Shown here one piece after another: positions 52,354-61,536 of a stretch of DNA of 64,000 nt. Under the pieces are notes generated by a model that worked only from the letters and a program-made list of their open reading frames with translations, did not search any database and was not told where the DNA came from. Origin of the DNA: an uncultured Dehalococcoidales bacterium (GTDB lineage Bacteria > Chloroflexota > Dehalococcoidia > GIF9 > UBA5629). The translations under genes were made by a program, and so were the position numbers. The DNA lies in NCBI GenBank assembly GCA_964413085.1, contig CAYPRI010000001.1, forward strand, positions 719-64,718. The letters are read 5' to 3'. How positions within the stretch are numbered: position 1 is the stretch's first letter; every line of letters starts with the position of its first letter.

Positions 52354-54315
52354 ATGGAACCAAAAATAGGTGTTTATATATGTCACTGCGGTGCCAATAT
52401 CGCTGCCACGGTCAACGTCGAGCAGGTAACCGAGTTTGCTAAAGGGCTGCCTTCTGTAGCTGTTGCCCGGGACTACAAGTTTGTTTGCTCAGATCCCGGC
52501 CAAGAACTTATAAAGAAAGATATCAAAGAACTGGGCATTGACCGCGTTGTGGTGGCCTCATGCTCGCCTCGATTGCATGAGCAAACCTTCAGGCGAACTC
52601 TAGTCAGTGCCGGCTTAAATCCTTATCTATTCGAGATGGCAAATATACGTGAACATTGCTCGTGGGTACATGAGGATCAAGGCAAAGCTACTGACAAAGC
52701 TAAGGCACTTGTAAGCGCTGCAGTACGACGCGTTTTCTACCACCTACCGTTGGAAACCAAAGAGGTTCCATTTAATCCTAACACACTCGTTGTGGGTGGC
52801 GGTATTGCCGGCATACAGGCGGCACTTGAAATCGCAGACTCAGGTCACAAAGTCTATCTGGTAGAGAGGGAGCCATCAATCGGCGGCCACATGGCCCAAT
52901 TGGATAAAACCTTTCCAACATTAGATTGTTCCGCCTGAATACTGACACCGAAGATGGCCTCGGTGAGGTCACACGAAAACATCGAGATGATGACTTATAG
53001 CGAAGTCATCGGTGTTTCGGGGTATGTAGGCAACTTCAAGGTTAAAATCAGGAAAAAACCGCGCTTTGTGGATGCAGCTAAGTGTACCGGTTGCGGCACC
53101 TGCCAAGATAAATGTCCCATCAAAACGGACAGCGAATTTGATTTTGGCGTCGGTAAAAGGAAGGCAATCTACACACCTTTCCCCCAGGCAGTGCCAAACG
53201 TACCCGTCATAGACAAAGAACGATGCACCTATTTCCTTAAGGGCAAATGCCGTGCCTGCGAGAAATTGTGTGAGGCTAAAGCAATAGATTTCGAGCAGAC
53301 AGAAAAAATGGTAGATTTGGATGTAGGTTCCATTATAGTAGCCACCGGTTTCGATTCCTTTGACCCGTCTCCTATGTCACAATTCGGATATGGTAGATAT
53401 GATAATGTGATTACGGGCTTTCAGTTCGAGAGAATGAGCAGCGCTTCAGGGCCAACCAGCGGCAAAATACTATTGAAAGATGGTTCCCAGCCACGAAGCG
53501 TAGCCATCCTGCACTGTATCGGCAGCCGCGACCTCAACTACCACGAATATTGTTCCCGAGTATGCTGCATGTACTCCCTGAAGTTCTCTCACTTGATACG
53601 AGAAAAAATTCCGGAAGCTGAAATATATCAGCTTTACATCGACCTGCGCTGCTTCGGTAAGGGATATGAGGAATTCTATAATCGTCTCCAAGAAGAAGGG
53701 GTCAACTTCATACGTGGGCGTGCAGGAGAGATTACAAATGTCGCCGAAACACCTGAAGAGCAAGGCAGACTGGTCGTGGTTTGTGAAGATACCTTAATAG
53801 GACGGCAGAGACGCCTGCCGGTGGATTTAGTAGTTCTTAGCACAGCGCTGGAGCCCAGGGCTGATGCCGCTGAAACAGCCAAGCTATTCTCAATTAGCCG
53901 TAGCCGTGACGGTTTCTTCATGGAAAAGCATCCCAAGCTTGACCCCGTTGCCACAACCACAGATGGTATTTTTGTTGCCGGCTGCAGCCAGGGACCAAAG
54001 GATATACCTGATACGGTGGCTCAGGCATCGGCAGCTGCAGCTCGCGTCATGGCTATGATAAGCAAGGGCCATGTGGAAATTGAGGCAGCAACAGCGGTAA
54101 TCGATGAAGAGCTCTGCTCCGGATGCAAGACATGTATTTCACTTTGTCCTTACACGGCCATATCCTTTGATGAAGAAAAGAAGATATCTTCTATCAATGA
54201 GGCCCTGTGTAAGGGTTGTGGAACCTGTGCTGCAGCCTGCCCAAGCGGAGCAATTACCAGCCGACATTTTACCGTCGAACAAATCATGGCAGAGCTAGAA
54301 GGAGTGATGGTATGA
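52354..54315 (+). CDS. hdrA: Heterodisulfide reductase subunit A-like FAD/Fe-S protein, selenocysteine-containing; UGA at 52936-52938 read as Sec.
   Basis: Track ORFs 52354-52938 and 52954-54315 are in the same frame and together align end-to-end with the 670-aa Cys paralog at 56081-58093. The UGA aligns with Cys in the paralog (TLDCSA[U/C]ILTPKM). Confidence 0.8.
52946..52965 (+). promoter_or_regulatory. Candidate bacterial SECIS hairpin for hdrA (CACCGAAG-AUGG-CCUCGGUG).
   Basis: Starts 8 nt after the UGA. 8-bp stem with one mismatch, extendable by UGA/UCA outer pairs. Absent from the Cys paralog at the equivalent position. Confidence 0.5.
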
Positions 54316-54719
54316 GCTACGAGCCCAAAATAATAGGATTCCTATGCAACTGGTGTTCATATGCCGCAGCCGATCTGGCGGGTACTTCCAGGAAAAAATA
54401 CGCGCCTAACGTACGAGTAATTCGTGTCATGTGCAGCGGCCGGGTGGAGCCTACGTTCATCCTCAAGGCCTTTCAGTTGGGGGCTGATGGAGTTCTGGTC
54501 TGTGGCTGACATCCCGGTGAGTGCCATTACCTGGAAGGTAATGTAAAAGCAGCCCGGAGAATTCCTTTACTGAAAAAAATGCTCTCACAGTTCGGCATAG
54601 AGGAAGAGCGTCTCAAACTGGACTGGGTCTCTGCCTCAGAAGGTGAACGCTTTGCTTCTATTATTAATGATATGACTGAACAAATGAGAAAGCTCGGACC
54701 TTTCAACCAAAATAGCTGA
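54312..54719 (+). CDS. mvhD: MvhD/VhuD-like hydrogenase delta subunit ([2Fe-2S]), selenocysteine-containing; UGA at 54507-54509 read as Sec.
   Basis: ATG 54312 overlaps the hdrA stop codon (ATGA). The reading frame continues through the UGA to a stop at 54717-54719. It aligns over its whole length with the Cys paralog at 58090-58518 (LVCG[U]HPGECHY vs LILG[C]HPGDCHY). Confidence 0.75.
54525..54543 (+). promoter_or_regulatory. Candidate bacterial SECIS hairpin for mvhD (CAUUACC-UGGAA-GGUAAUG).
   Basis: Perfect 7-bp stem with a 5-nt loop containing GG, 15 nt downstream of the UGA. The Cys paralog encodes the same peptide (CHYVEGNY) with synonymous codons that cannot form the hairpin. Confidence 0.55.
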
Positions 54720-54932
54720 CATTTCCTATCGGCGCTCAATTTGTAATAATTCTCTTCGTGCTAAAAGCATTACTTGTAATCTTCTGAGTATGTATACTAG
54801 AAGGCATCAAGTATAATTACCTGAAATCTGTCATTTATCCCCGTAAAATACTCAATAATAATCTTGCATAGAATAGCCTTTTTATAGTATCATTGTGCGG
54901 TTTAGCTAAAATCTGTAGAAAGGAAGATTTAT

Positions 54933-56081
54933 ATGGAAGTATTCACCCCTCTTAAAGAAACCACAGAAATCCTATTAGGCAACGGTGGTAATCCACTTGA
55001 ATCGTGTTATCAGTGTGGTATATGTACAGGAGTCTGCCCTTGGAACCGGTTGGTAAGTTTCCCGGTACGTAAGTTGATTCATAAAAGTCAACTCGGGGTA
55101 GTCGACTTTGAGAACGAAGAGGTCTGGCAATGCGTGGGCTGTAACGCCTGTGTCGACCGATGTCCTCGTGGAGTGGAAATACCTCATATCATGCGATCTA
55201 TCCGCCGCGTTATCATGGAACTGGGTGCCGGCATCGTGCCGCACTCGCTGAGGGTAACGGAAAAGAACATCTCTGCCGTTGGTAATCCGCTAGGTGAACC
55301 ACCGGAAAGACGCATGGACTGGGCAAAAGACCTCGGAGTGAAAACATTCACAAAGGGAACAGAGTTACTATACTTCCCCTGCTGCTACCAGACTTACGAT
55401 CCTCCCACTAAAAAAACTGCTGTCGCTACTGTAAATATCCTGAAAAAGGCAAATGTGGACTTCGGCATTCCGGATAATAACGTGGTCTGCTGCGGAGAGA
55501 GCATACGAAAAGCAGGTTCCGAAAGCCTTTTTCAACGTCTGGCCAGAACCAACATCGATATCTTTTCTGAACTCGGCGTTAAAAAAATACTGGTAACCTC
55601 ACCCCACTGTTATCACACCTTCAAAGATGAATATCCCGAACTCGGAGCCAATTACGAGGTGATACATCTATCCCAATATATAGCTGAACTTATAAAAGAT
55701 GGCAGGCTAAAACCAACCAAGGAATTCAAACAGAAAGTAACCTATCACGATTCCTGTTGTCTGGGGCGTTACCAGGGGATCTACGATGAACACAGACAGA
55801 TATTAAACAGCATTCCCGGTCTCGAGTTTGTTGAGATGCCAGACAACCGTGAATATTCGCTCTGTTGTGGTGGGTGCGCCGGCAGACTATGGATGGAAAC
55901 AAAGAAGGGAGAACGGCTGTCCGAGCTCAGACTTGAGCAGGTACTTGATGTAGGAGCAAATACACTGGCCGTAAGCTGCCCTTATTGTATGGCCAATTTC
56001 AACGATGGCGTGCTGTCGATGGGTAAGACTGAGGATATAGAGGTCAAGGATATTTCAGAACTTGTTTCGGAGGCACTATAA
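54933..56081 (+). CDS. HdrD/GlcF-like Fe-S oxidoreductase (fused HdrC plus HdrB-type domains).
   Basis: N-terminal 2x[4Fe-4S] (CYQCGICTGVCP, CVGCNACVDRCP) and two CCG domains (CCGES, CCGGC). Confidence 0.75.
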   Translation: MEVFTPLKETTEILLGNGGNPLESCYQCGICTGVCPWNRLVSFPVRKLIHKSQLGVVDFENEEVWQCVGCNACVDRCPRGVEIPHIMRSIRRVIMELGAGIVPHSLRVTEKNISAVGNPLGEPPERRMDWAKDLGVKTFTKGTELLYFPCCYQTYDPPTKKTAVATVNILKKANVDFGIPDNNVVCCGESIRKAGSESLFQRLARTNIDIFSELGVKKILVTSPHCYHTFKDEYPELGANYEVIHLSQYIAELIKDGRLKPTKEFKQKVTYHDSCCLGRYQGIYDEHRQILNSIPGLEFVEMPDNREYSLCCGGCAGRLWMETKKGERLSELRLEQVLDVGANTLAVSCPYCMANFNDGVLSMGKTEDIEVKDISELVSEAL

Positions 56082-58093
56082 TGGCACAAAAAAAGGCTGC
56101 TAAAAAGGCAACACAAAAAGTAGTGCTTAAGGATACGGAGCCCAAAATAGGTGTCTATGTCTGTCACTGCGGGTCCAATATCGCTGGCACCGTTGATGTC
56201 CCGCAAGTAGTAGAGTTTGTTAAAGGGCTGCCAGCGGTAGTGGTTGCCCGTGAATATAAATTTATGTGCTCAGACCCGGGACAGAGCATGATTAAAGACG
56301 ATATCAAGAATTTAAAGCTTAACCGAGTTGTAGTAGCTTCTTGTTCTCCACTACTGCACGAACCTACGTTTCGCCGCGCTGTCCAGGAAGCTGGCATTAA
56401 TCCTTACCTGTTCGAGATGGCAAACATCAGAGAGCACTGTGCTTGGACCACAGAGGACCATGGAGAGGCCACAGAAAAAGCTAAAGCCCTGGTAAGTGCT
56501 GCCGTAAAGCGAGTCTATTATCATCAGCCGCTTGAGACAAGAGAAGTACCGGTTAACGCCAATACCTTAATCGTCGGTGGTGGTATCGCCGGTATTCAGG
56601 CGGCTTTAGAGATTGCTGATGCGGGGCACAAAGTCTACCTCGTTGAACGGGAGCCAAGCATCGGCGGGCACATGATTCAATTCGACAAAACCTTCCCCAC
56701 CTTAGACTGCTCGGCCTGCATTCTCACACCTAAAATGACCTCGGCAGGATCACACCCTAACATCGAATTGATGACCTACAGTGAAGTCGAAGAAATCTCC
56801 GGTTTTATCGGCAACTTCAAAGCCAGGATTCGAAAGAAAGCACGCTTTGTAGACGAGTCTAAATGCAACGGATGTGGCATGTGCATCGAGAAATGCCCAT
56901 GGAAAGCAGATAGCGAGTTTGACCTTGGCTTAAGCCAGCGTAAAGCCATTTACACCCCATTCGCACAAGCAGTACCTAATATTCCTGTCATAGACAAGGA
57001 AAGCTGCGCCTATTTCCTCAAAGGTAAATGCCGCGCTTGCGAAAAGTTCTGCGAGAGAGAAGCTATCGATTTCGAGCAGCAAGATAAAGTTGTTGAAGTG
57101 GATGTGGGTAATATAATTCTCACCACAGGCTATGACCCGTTCGACCCGACTCCGATGGTAAAGTACGGCTATGGTAAATTCCCAAATGTTGTTACCGGGC
57201 TCGAATTCGAGAGAATCTGTAACTCGGTTGGACCGACGGGCGGCAAAATTGTCCTCAAAGACGGTTCCGAGCCGAAGAGCATCGCTATAATACATTGCGT
57301 CGGTAGCCGTGATGAAAATTACCACGAATACTGTTCTCGAGTCTGCTGCATGTATGCTCTCAAATATTCCCACCTAATTAAAGAAAAGACCAAGGCAGAT
57401 GTCTATCAGATGTACATTGATATGCGCTGCTTTGGCAAAGGTTATGAGGAATTCTATAAGAGGCTTTGTAAAGAAGGTGTTACTTTTATTAGAGGCAAAC
57501 CGGCTGAAGTCACAGACAGGGCCATAAACGACGAGGAAAAAGGGAAATTGATTGTCGTTGGCGAGGACAGCCTACTCGGAAATGTTATCCGCGTTCCGGT
57601 AGACATGGTCGTCCTCTGCATAGGTCTGGAAGCTCGTGCTGACGCTAAACAGGTTGCTCAAAAATTTGGCATCAGCCAGGGCGCCGACGGTTTCTTTATC
57701 GAGAGACATCCTAAATTGGACCCTGTAGCAACCATGACTGAAGGAGTCTTCATCGCAGGCTGCTGTCAGGGACCAAAGGATATACCTGACACGGTGGTGC
57801 AGGCATCAGCGGCTGCAACCCGTGTCTTGGCTACAATCAACAAAGGGAACGTTGAGCTGGAAGCAGCCGTGGCTGTTATCAACGAAGAAAAATGCTCAGG
57901 CTGTCGTATTTGTAACATGCTTTGCCCTTACAATGCCATTTCGTTCATCGAAGAGGAAGAGGTTTCGCGAATCAATGAGGCATTGTGCAAAGGTTGCGGG
58001 ACATGCGTTGCCGCCTGCCCCAGTGCAGCCATAACACACAAGCATTTCACAACTGAAGAGATAATCGCAGAAATAGAGGGGGTACTGGTATGA
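56081..58093 (+). CDS. hdrA: Heterodisulfide reductase subunit A-like FAD/Fe-S protein, cysteine paralog.
   Basis: 670 aa paralogous to 52354-54315 throughout; Cys at the Sec-aligned position. Confidence 0.85.
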   Translation: MAQKKAAKKATQKVVLKDTEPKIGVYVCHCGSNIAGTVDVPQVVEFVKGLPAVVVAREYKFMCSDPGQSMIKDDIKNLKLNRVVVASCSPLLHEPTFRRAVQEAGINPYLFEMANIREHCAWTTEDHGEATEKAKALVSAAVKRVYYHQPLETREVPVNANTLIVGGGIAGIQAALEIADAGHKVYLVEREPSIGGHMIQFDKTFPTLDCSACILTPKMTSAGSHPNIELMTYSEVEEISGFIGNFKARIRKKARFVDESKCNGCGMCIEKCPWKADSEFDLGLSQRKAIYTPFAQAVPNIPVIDKESCAYFLKGKCRACEKFCEREAIDFEQQDKVVEVDVGNIILTTGYDPFDPTPMVKYGYGKFPNVVTGLEFERICNSVGPTGGKIVLKDGSEPKSIAIIHCVGSRDENYHEYCSRVCCMYALKYSHLIKEKTKADVYQMYIDMRCFGKGYEEFYKRLCKEGVTFIRGKPAEVTDRAINDEEKGKLIVVGEDSLLGNVIRVPVDMVVLCIGLEARADAKQVAQKFGISQGADGFFIERHPKLDPVATMTEGVFIAGCCQGPKDIPDTVVQASAAATRVLATINKGNVELEAAVAVINEEKCSGCRICNMLCPYNAISFIEEEEVSRINEALCKGCGTCVAACPSAAITHKHFTTEEIIAEIEGVLV

Positions 58094-58518
58094 AAGACTT
58101 CGAACCTATAATCGTAGGCTTCTGTTGCAATTGGTGTTCCTACAGGGGTGCTGATTTGGCCGGCACAGCCAGGATGAAATGCTCGCCAAACGTCCGTATT
58201 ATCAGGGTAATGTGCAGTGGCCGGGTAGAACCTACATTCGTGGCCAAAGCCTTCGAACTCGGAGCCGACGGCGTCTTGATTTTGGGGTGCCATCCAGGTG
58301 ATTGCCATTACGTGGAGGGCAACTATAAGACAATGCGGCGTATGCCCCTCTTAAAGAAGATGCTACAGCAACTTGGCATCGAAGAAGAACGAGTTCGACT
58401 GGACTGGGTATCGGCTTCTGAAGGCGACAAATTCGTATCCGTAGTAGATGATATGACAGAAAAGGTCAGAGCTCTGGGACCGCTTAATAAGAACTCCAAG
58501 GAGGCGAAACATGGCTAA
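58090..58518 (+). CDS. mvhD: MvhD-like hydrogenase delta subunit, cysteine paralog.
   Basis: 142 aa; ATGA overlap with the hdrA stop, the same architecture as the Sec copy. Confidence 0.8.
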   Translation: MKDFEPIIVGFCCNWCSYRGADLAGTARMKCSPNVRIIRVMCSGRVEPTFVAKAFELGADGVLILGCHPGDCHYVEGNYKTMRRMPLLKKMLQQLGIEEERVRLDWVSASEGDKFVSVVDDMTEKVRALGPLNKNSKEAKHG

Positions 58519-59470
58519 ACTTAAATTAGCGCTGTACTGGGCATCAAGTTGCGGCGGCTGTGAAATCGCCCAGCTTCAGATTGGCGACAAAATCCTAAAG
58601 CTGGCCGAGGTTGCAGATATCGTATTCTGGCCGGTAGCCATCGATGCCAAATACAAGGATGTCGAAGCCATGCCAGCAAAGAGTATAGACGTCTGCCTGT
58701 TCAATGGAGCTGTTAGAACATCAGAACAGGAGCATATGGCTAAGATGCTCCGTGAAAAGTCAAAGGTAATGATTGCCTATGGTGCCTGCGCCTATGGGGG
58801 AGGTATTCCTGGTCTGGGCAACATGTTCAACCGCCAGTTGATTTTCGAACGAGCTTACCTAGAAACGCAATCAACAGATAATAAAGACAAGGTCTTACCA
58901 CAAACAAAATACAAGGTTCCGGAAGGCGAACTTACTATTCCAGAATTCTATGACACGGTAAAAACTCTGGCGCAGACAGTGGACGTAGATTATACAGTCC
59001 CCGGTTGTCCTCCGGAAGCCAGAACAACCTGGCTTGCCTTAGAAGCGCTTATATCGGGCAAATTACCGCCCAAGGGCACCGTGATTACGCACAATACTAA
59101 GGCGGTATGTGATGATTGTCCGCGTAAGAGAGACGTGAAAAAGGTTAAAAAGTTCTACCGGACTTTCGAGAAGGTTCCCGAACCGGAAATATGCCTTCTG
59201 GAGCAGGGTTTCCTGTGCGCCGGCATCGCCACCCGCGGCGGCTGTGAGGCACCGTGTCCCCAGGCCAATATGCCATGCACCGGCTGTTACGGCCCTGTGG
59301 ACGGAGTAGTAGATCAGGGCGCTCACTTCCTAAGCGCAGTGGCCTCTGTGATTGATTCAAATGACCCCGAGGAAATACAGAGAATTATAGATGGTATACG
59401 AGACCCGGTAGGTACATTCTACCGCTACAGTCTGCCTGATTCGCTACTAAGGAGGGCGAGAATAAAATGA
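58511..59470 (+). CDS. mvhG: [NiFe] hydrogenase small subunit (MvhG/VhuG-type, cytoplasmic, no Tat signal).
   Basis: N-terminal [12 protein letters not shown]. Confidence 0.85.
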   Translation: MAKLKLALYWASSCGGCEIAQLQIGDKILKLAEVADIVFWPVAIDAKYKDVEAMPAKSIDVCLFNGAVRTSEQEHMAKMLREKSKVMIAYGACAYGGGIPGLGNMFNRQLIFERAYLETQSTDNKDKVLPQTKYKVPEGELTIPEFYDTVKTLAQTVDVDYTVPGCPPEARTTWLALEALISGKLPPKGTVITHNTKAVCDDCPRKRDVKKVKKFYRTFEKVPEPEICLLEQGFLCAGIATRGGCEAPCPQANMPCTGCYGPVDGVVDQGAHFLSAVASVIDSNDPEEIQRIIDGIRDPVGTFYRYSLPDSLLRRARIK

Positions 59471-60927
59471 AAAGGATAACAATTGATCCCATAACCAGGC
59501 TGGAAGGCCACGGTAAGATAGAGATCTTCCTTAATGATGCCGGTGAGGTCAAAAACAGCTATTTTCAAGTCCCTGAACTGAGGGGCTTTGAAAAGTTCTC
59601 TGAAGGACGTCTGGCCGAGGATATGCCCCAGATTACACAGAGAATCTGCGGCGTATGTCCTGAAGCTCACCACATGGCATCAACTAAATGTTTAGATGAC
59701 CTTTTCCACGTTGACCCGCCAAGCCCCGCTAAAAAGCTTCGCGAGCTCTTCTATAGCACTTTCTATGTTACGGACCATACCACTCATTTCTATATACTAG
59801 CCGGCCCCGATTTCGTCATGGGGCCGGATGCTCCCGTGGCCGAGCGAAATATTCTGGGAGTAATTGCTAAAGTCGGCTTAGAATTAGGCGGAGCTGTTAT
59901 CAACACCCGAATGAAAAATCACCATATCATACATATGCTTGGTGGCAGAGCCGTGCATCCTGTATTCGGTCTGCCCGGTGGAGTCAGCAAGGGACTTAAC
60001 GAAGATGAGAGAAAAGAAGTCGAGCAGATAGCTAAGGACTCCATTGAATTTGCCAAGCTATCTTTGAAAGTATTCGACGATATCGTCCTCAAGAACAAAG
60101 CATACGTCGATATGATTGTCAGCGACGCTTTCACACACCGCACTTATTACATGGGTCTGGTTGACGATAAAAACAGGGTTAACTTCTATGACGGCAAGGT
60201 CCGAGTGGTGGACCCCGACGGAAAGGAATTTGCTAAGTACGCACCGAGAGAATACCTCAACAACGTCGCCGAACATGTTGAGCCCTGGAGCTACATGAAA
60301 TTCCCCTTCCTCAAGAATGTCGGCTGGAAAGGATTTGTCGACGGCAAAGATAGCGGCGTTTTCAGAGCAACCCCTCTATCAAGGCTCAATGCTTCCGATG
60401 GTATGGCAACACCATTAGCCCAAGAAGCTTACGAGAAGTTCTACTCTACATTGGGCGGTAAGCCGGTGCATCATACCCTGGCTACTCACTGGGCTCGCCT
60501 TGTCGAGCTCCTCTATGCTGCCGAAAGATTACTGGAGCTGAGTAAGGACCCTGAGATAACTAGCCCAAACATCCGCACTATCCCCACAGCCAAGCCGGAT
60601 GAAGGTGTAGGCATTGTTGAAGCGCCCAGAGGTACTCTAACGCATCATTACATCACCGATGAGAACGGTATTATCAAGAAAGCTAACCTAATCGTGGCTA
60701 CAGTGAACAACGCTGCAGCAGTAAATATGTCAGTCAATAAAGCAGCAAGGGCACTTATTCAACCGGGTAAGGAAATCACCGAAGGACTTCTTAATCGCAT
60801 AGAAATGGCGTGGCGACCCTATGACCTTTGCCTTGCCTGCGCTACGCATACGCTACCGGGTCAAGCACCGATGGAAGTGGTCATATACAATAGCAAGAGG
60901 GAGATAATAAAAAGGCTCAAACGCTAA
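59467..60927 (+). CDS. mvhA: [NiFe] hydrogenase large subunit (MvhA-type).
   Basis: N-terminal RICGVCPEAHH and C-terminal DLCLACATH Ni-binding motifs, both with Cys, so this is a NiFe rather than a NiFeSe enzyme. Confidence 0.85.
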   Translation: MKRITIDPITRLEGHGKIEIFLNDAGEVKNSYFQVPELRGFEKFSEGRLAEDMPQITQRICGVCPEAHHMASTKCLDDLFHVDPPSPAKKLRELFYSTFYVTDHTTHFYILAGPDFVMGPDAPVAERNILGVIAKVGLELGGAVINTRMKNHHIIHMLGGRAVHPVFGLPGGVSKGLNEDERKEVEQIAKDSIEFAKLSLKVFDDIVLKNKAYVDMIVSDAFTHRTYYMGLVDDKNRVNFYDGKVRVVDPDGKEFAKYAPREYLNNVAEHVEPWSYMKFPFLKNVGWKGFVDGKDSGVFRATPLSRLNASDGMATPLAQEAYEKFYSTLGGKPVHHTLATHWARLVELLYAAERLLELSKDPEITSPNIRTIPTAKPDEGVGIVEAPRGTLTHHYITDENGIIKKANLIVATVNNAAAVNMSVNKAARALIQPGKEITEGLLNRIEMAWRPYDLCLACATHTLPGQAPMEVVIYNSKREIIKRLKR

Positions 60928-60933
60928 TTTGCG

Positions 60934-61425
60934 TTGACAGCAATAAGGGAGTTTTCTCACAAGGCTAGTAGTACGAAAACACTGATTTTAGGACTGGGAA
61001 ACACACTTCTTTGCGATGACGGGGTTGGACTCTACGTTGCCGCTAAACTAAGAGAAAAGATAAACCAACCCAATATAACAATTATTGAGACCGGCGTTGC
61101 CGGTCTCAGTCTTTTAGACCTCCTAGTTGGATATGATAAAGCTATTATCGTTGACGCTATTCAAACTGAGGGCGGGAAAATAGGTCAGATATACAGGTTA
61201 GCCCCGGAAGCTTTCAACACAGCCGTACGAACGGCATCTGCTCATGGAATCGACTTCCCCACTGCCCTGGAGTTCGGGAAAAAACTGGGCCTTCACTTGC
61301 CTCAGCAAATAACAATCTTCGCCATTGAAGTATCCGATATAACTACTTTCCGGGAAGAATGTACACCTGAAGTGCAGAAAGCTATTCCTAAATGTGTCGA
61401 AATGATACTAAAAGAGCTAAATTAA
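60934..61425 (+). CDS. Hydrogenase maturation endopeptidase (HycI/FrhD-like).
   Basis: LILGLGNTLLCDDGVGLYVA. Confidence 0.75.
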   Translation: MTAIREFSHKASSTKTLILGLGNTLLCDDGVGLYVAAKLREKINQPNITIIETGVAGLSLLDLLVGYDKAIIVDAIQTEGGKIGQIYRLAPEAFNTAVRTASAHGIDFPTALEFGKKLGLHLPQQITIFAIEVSDITTFREECTPEVQKAIPKCVEMILKELN

Positions 61426-61536
61426 ATTCTCCACATAAATTGACTTGCCATACGACAAAATACGGCTACTCAATAATCGCCCAAATGAGACTGGGCTATC
61501 AAATTGAGCAACTCGCCCTCAAGATATATAGCTTTA

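Noticed and set aside
52936-52938. Reading hdrA and mvhD as pseudogenes or split genes because of internal TGA codons (52936 and 54507).
   Set aside because: Both TGAs align exactly with Cys in intact paralogs 3.7 kb downstream. The reading frames are otherwise intact along their full length. Each TGA is followed by a paralog-specific hairpin. Selenocysteine recoding is the simpler explanation.
52954-53960. Antisense ORFs across the hdr/mvh genes (for example 53470-53763 and 53676-53960 on the minus strand; 53864-54058 and 54104-54298 on the plus strand).
   Set aside because: They lie inside strongly supported hdrA and mvhD frames.
54216-54509. 97-aa ORF with an N-terminal extension ([21 protein letters not shown]...).
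   Set aside because: The extension overlaps the hdrA C-terminus in another frame. The real mvhD start is ATG 54312, as in the paralog, and the ORF continues past the UGA.
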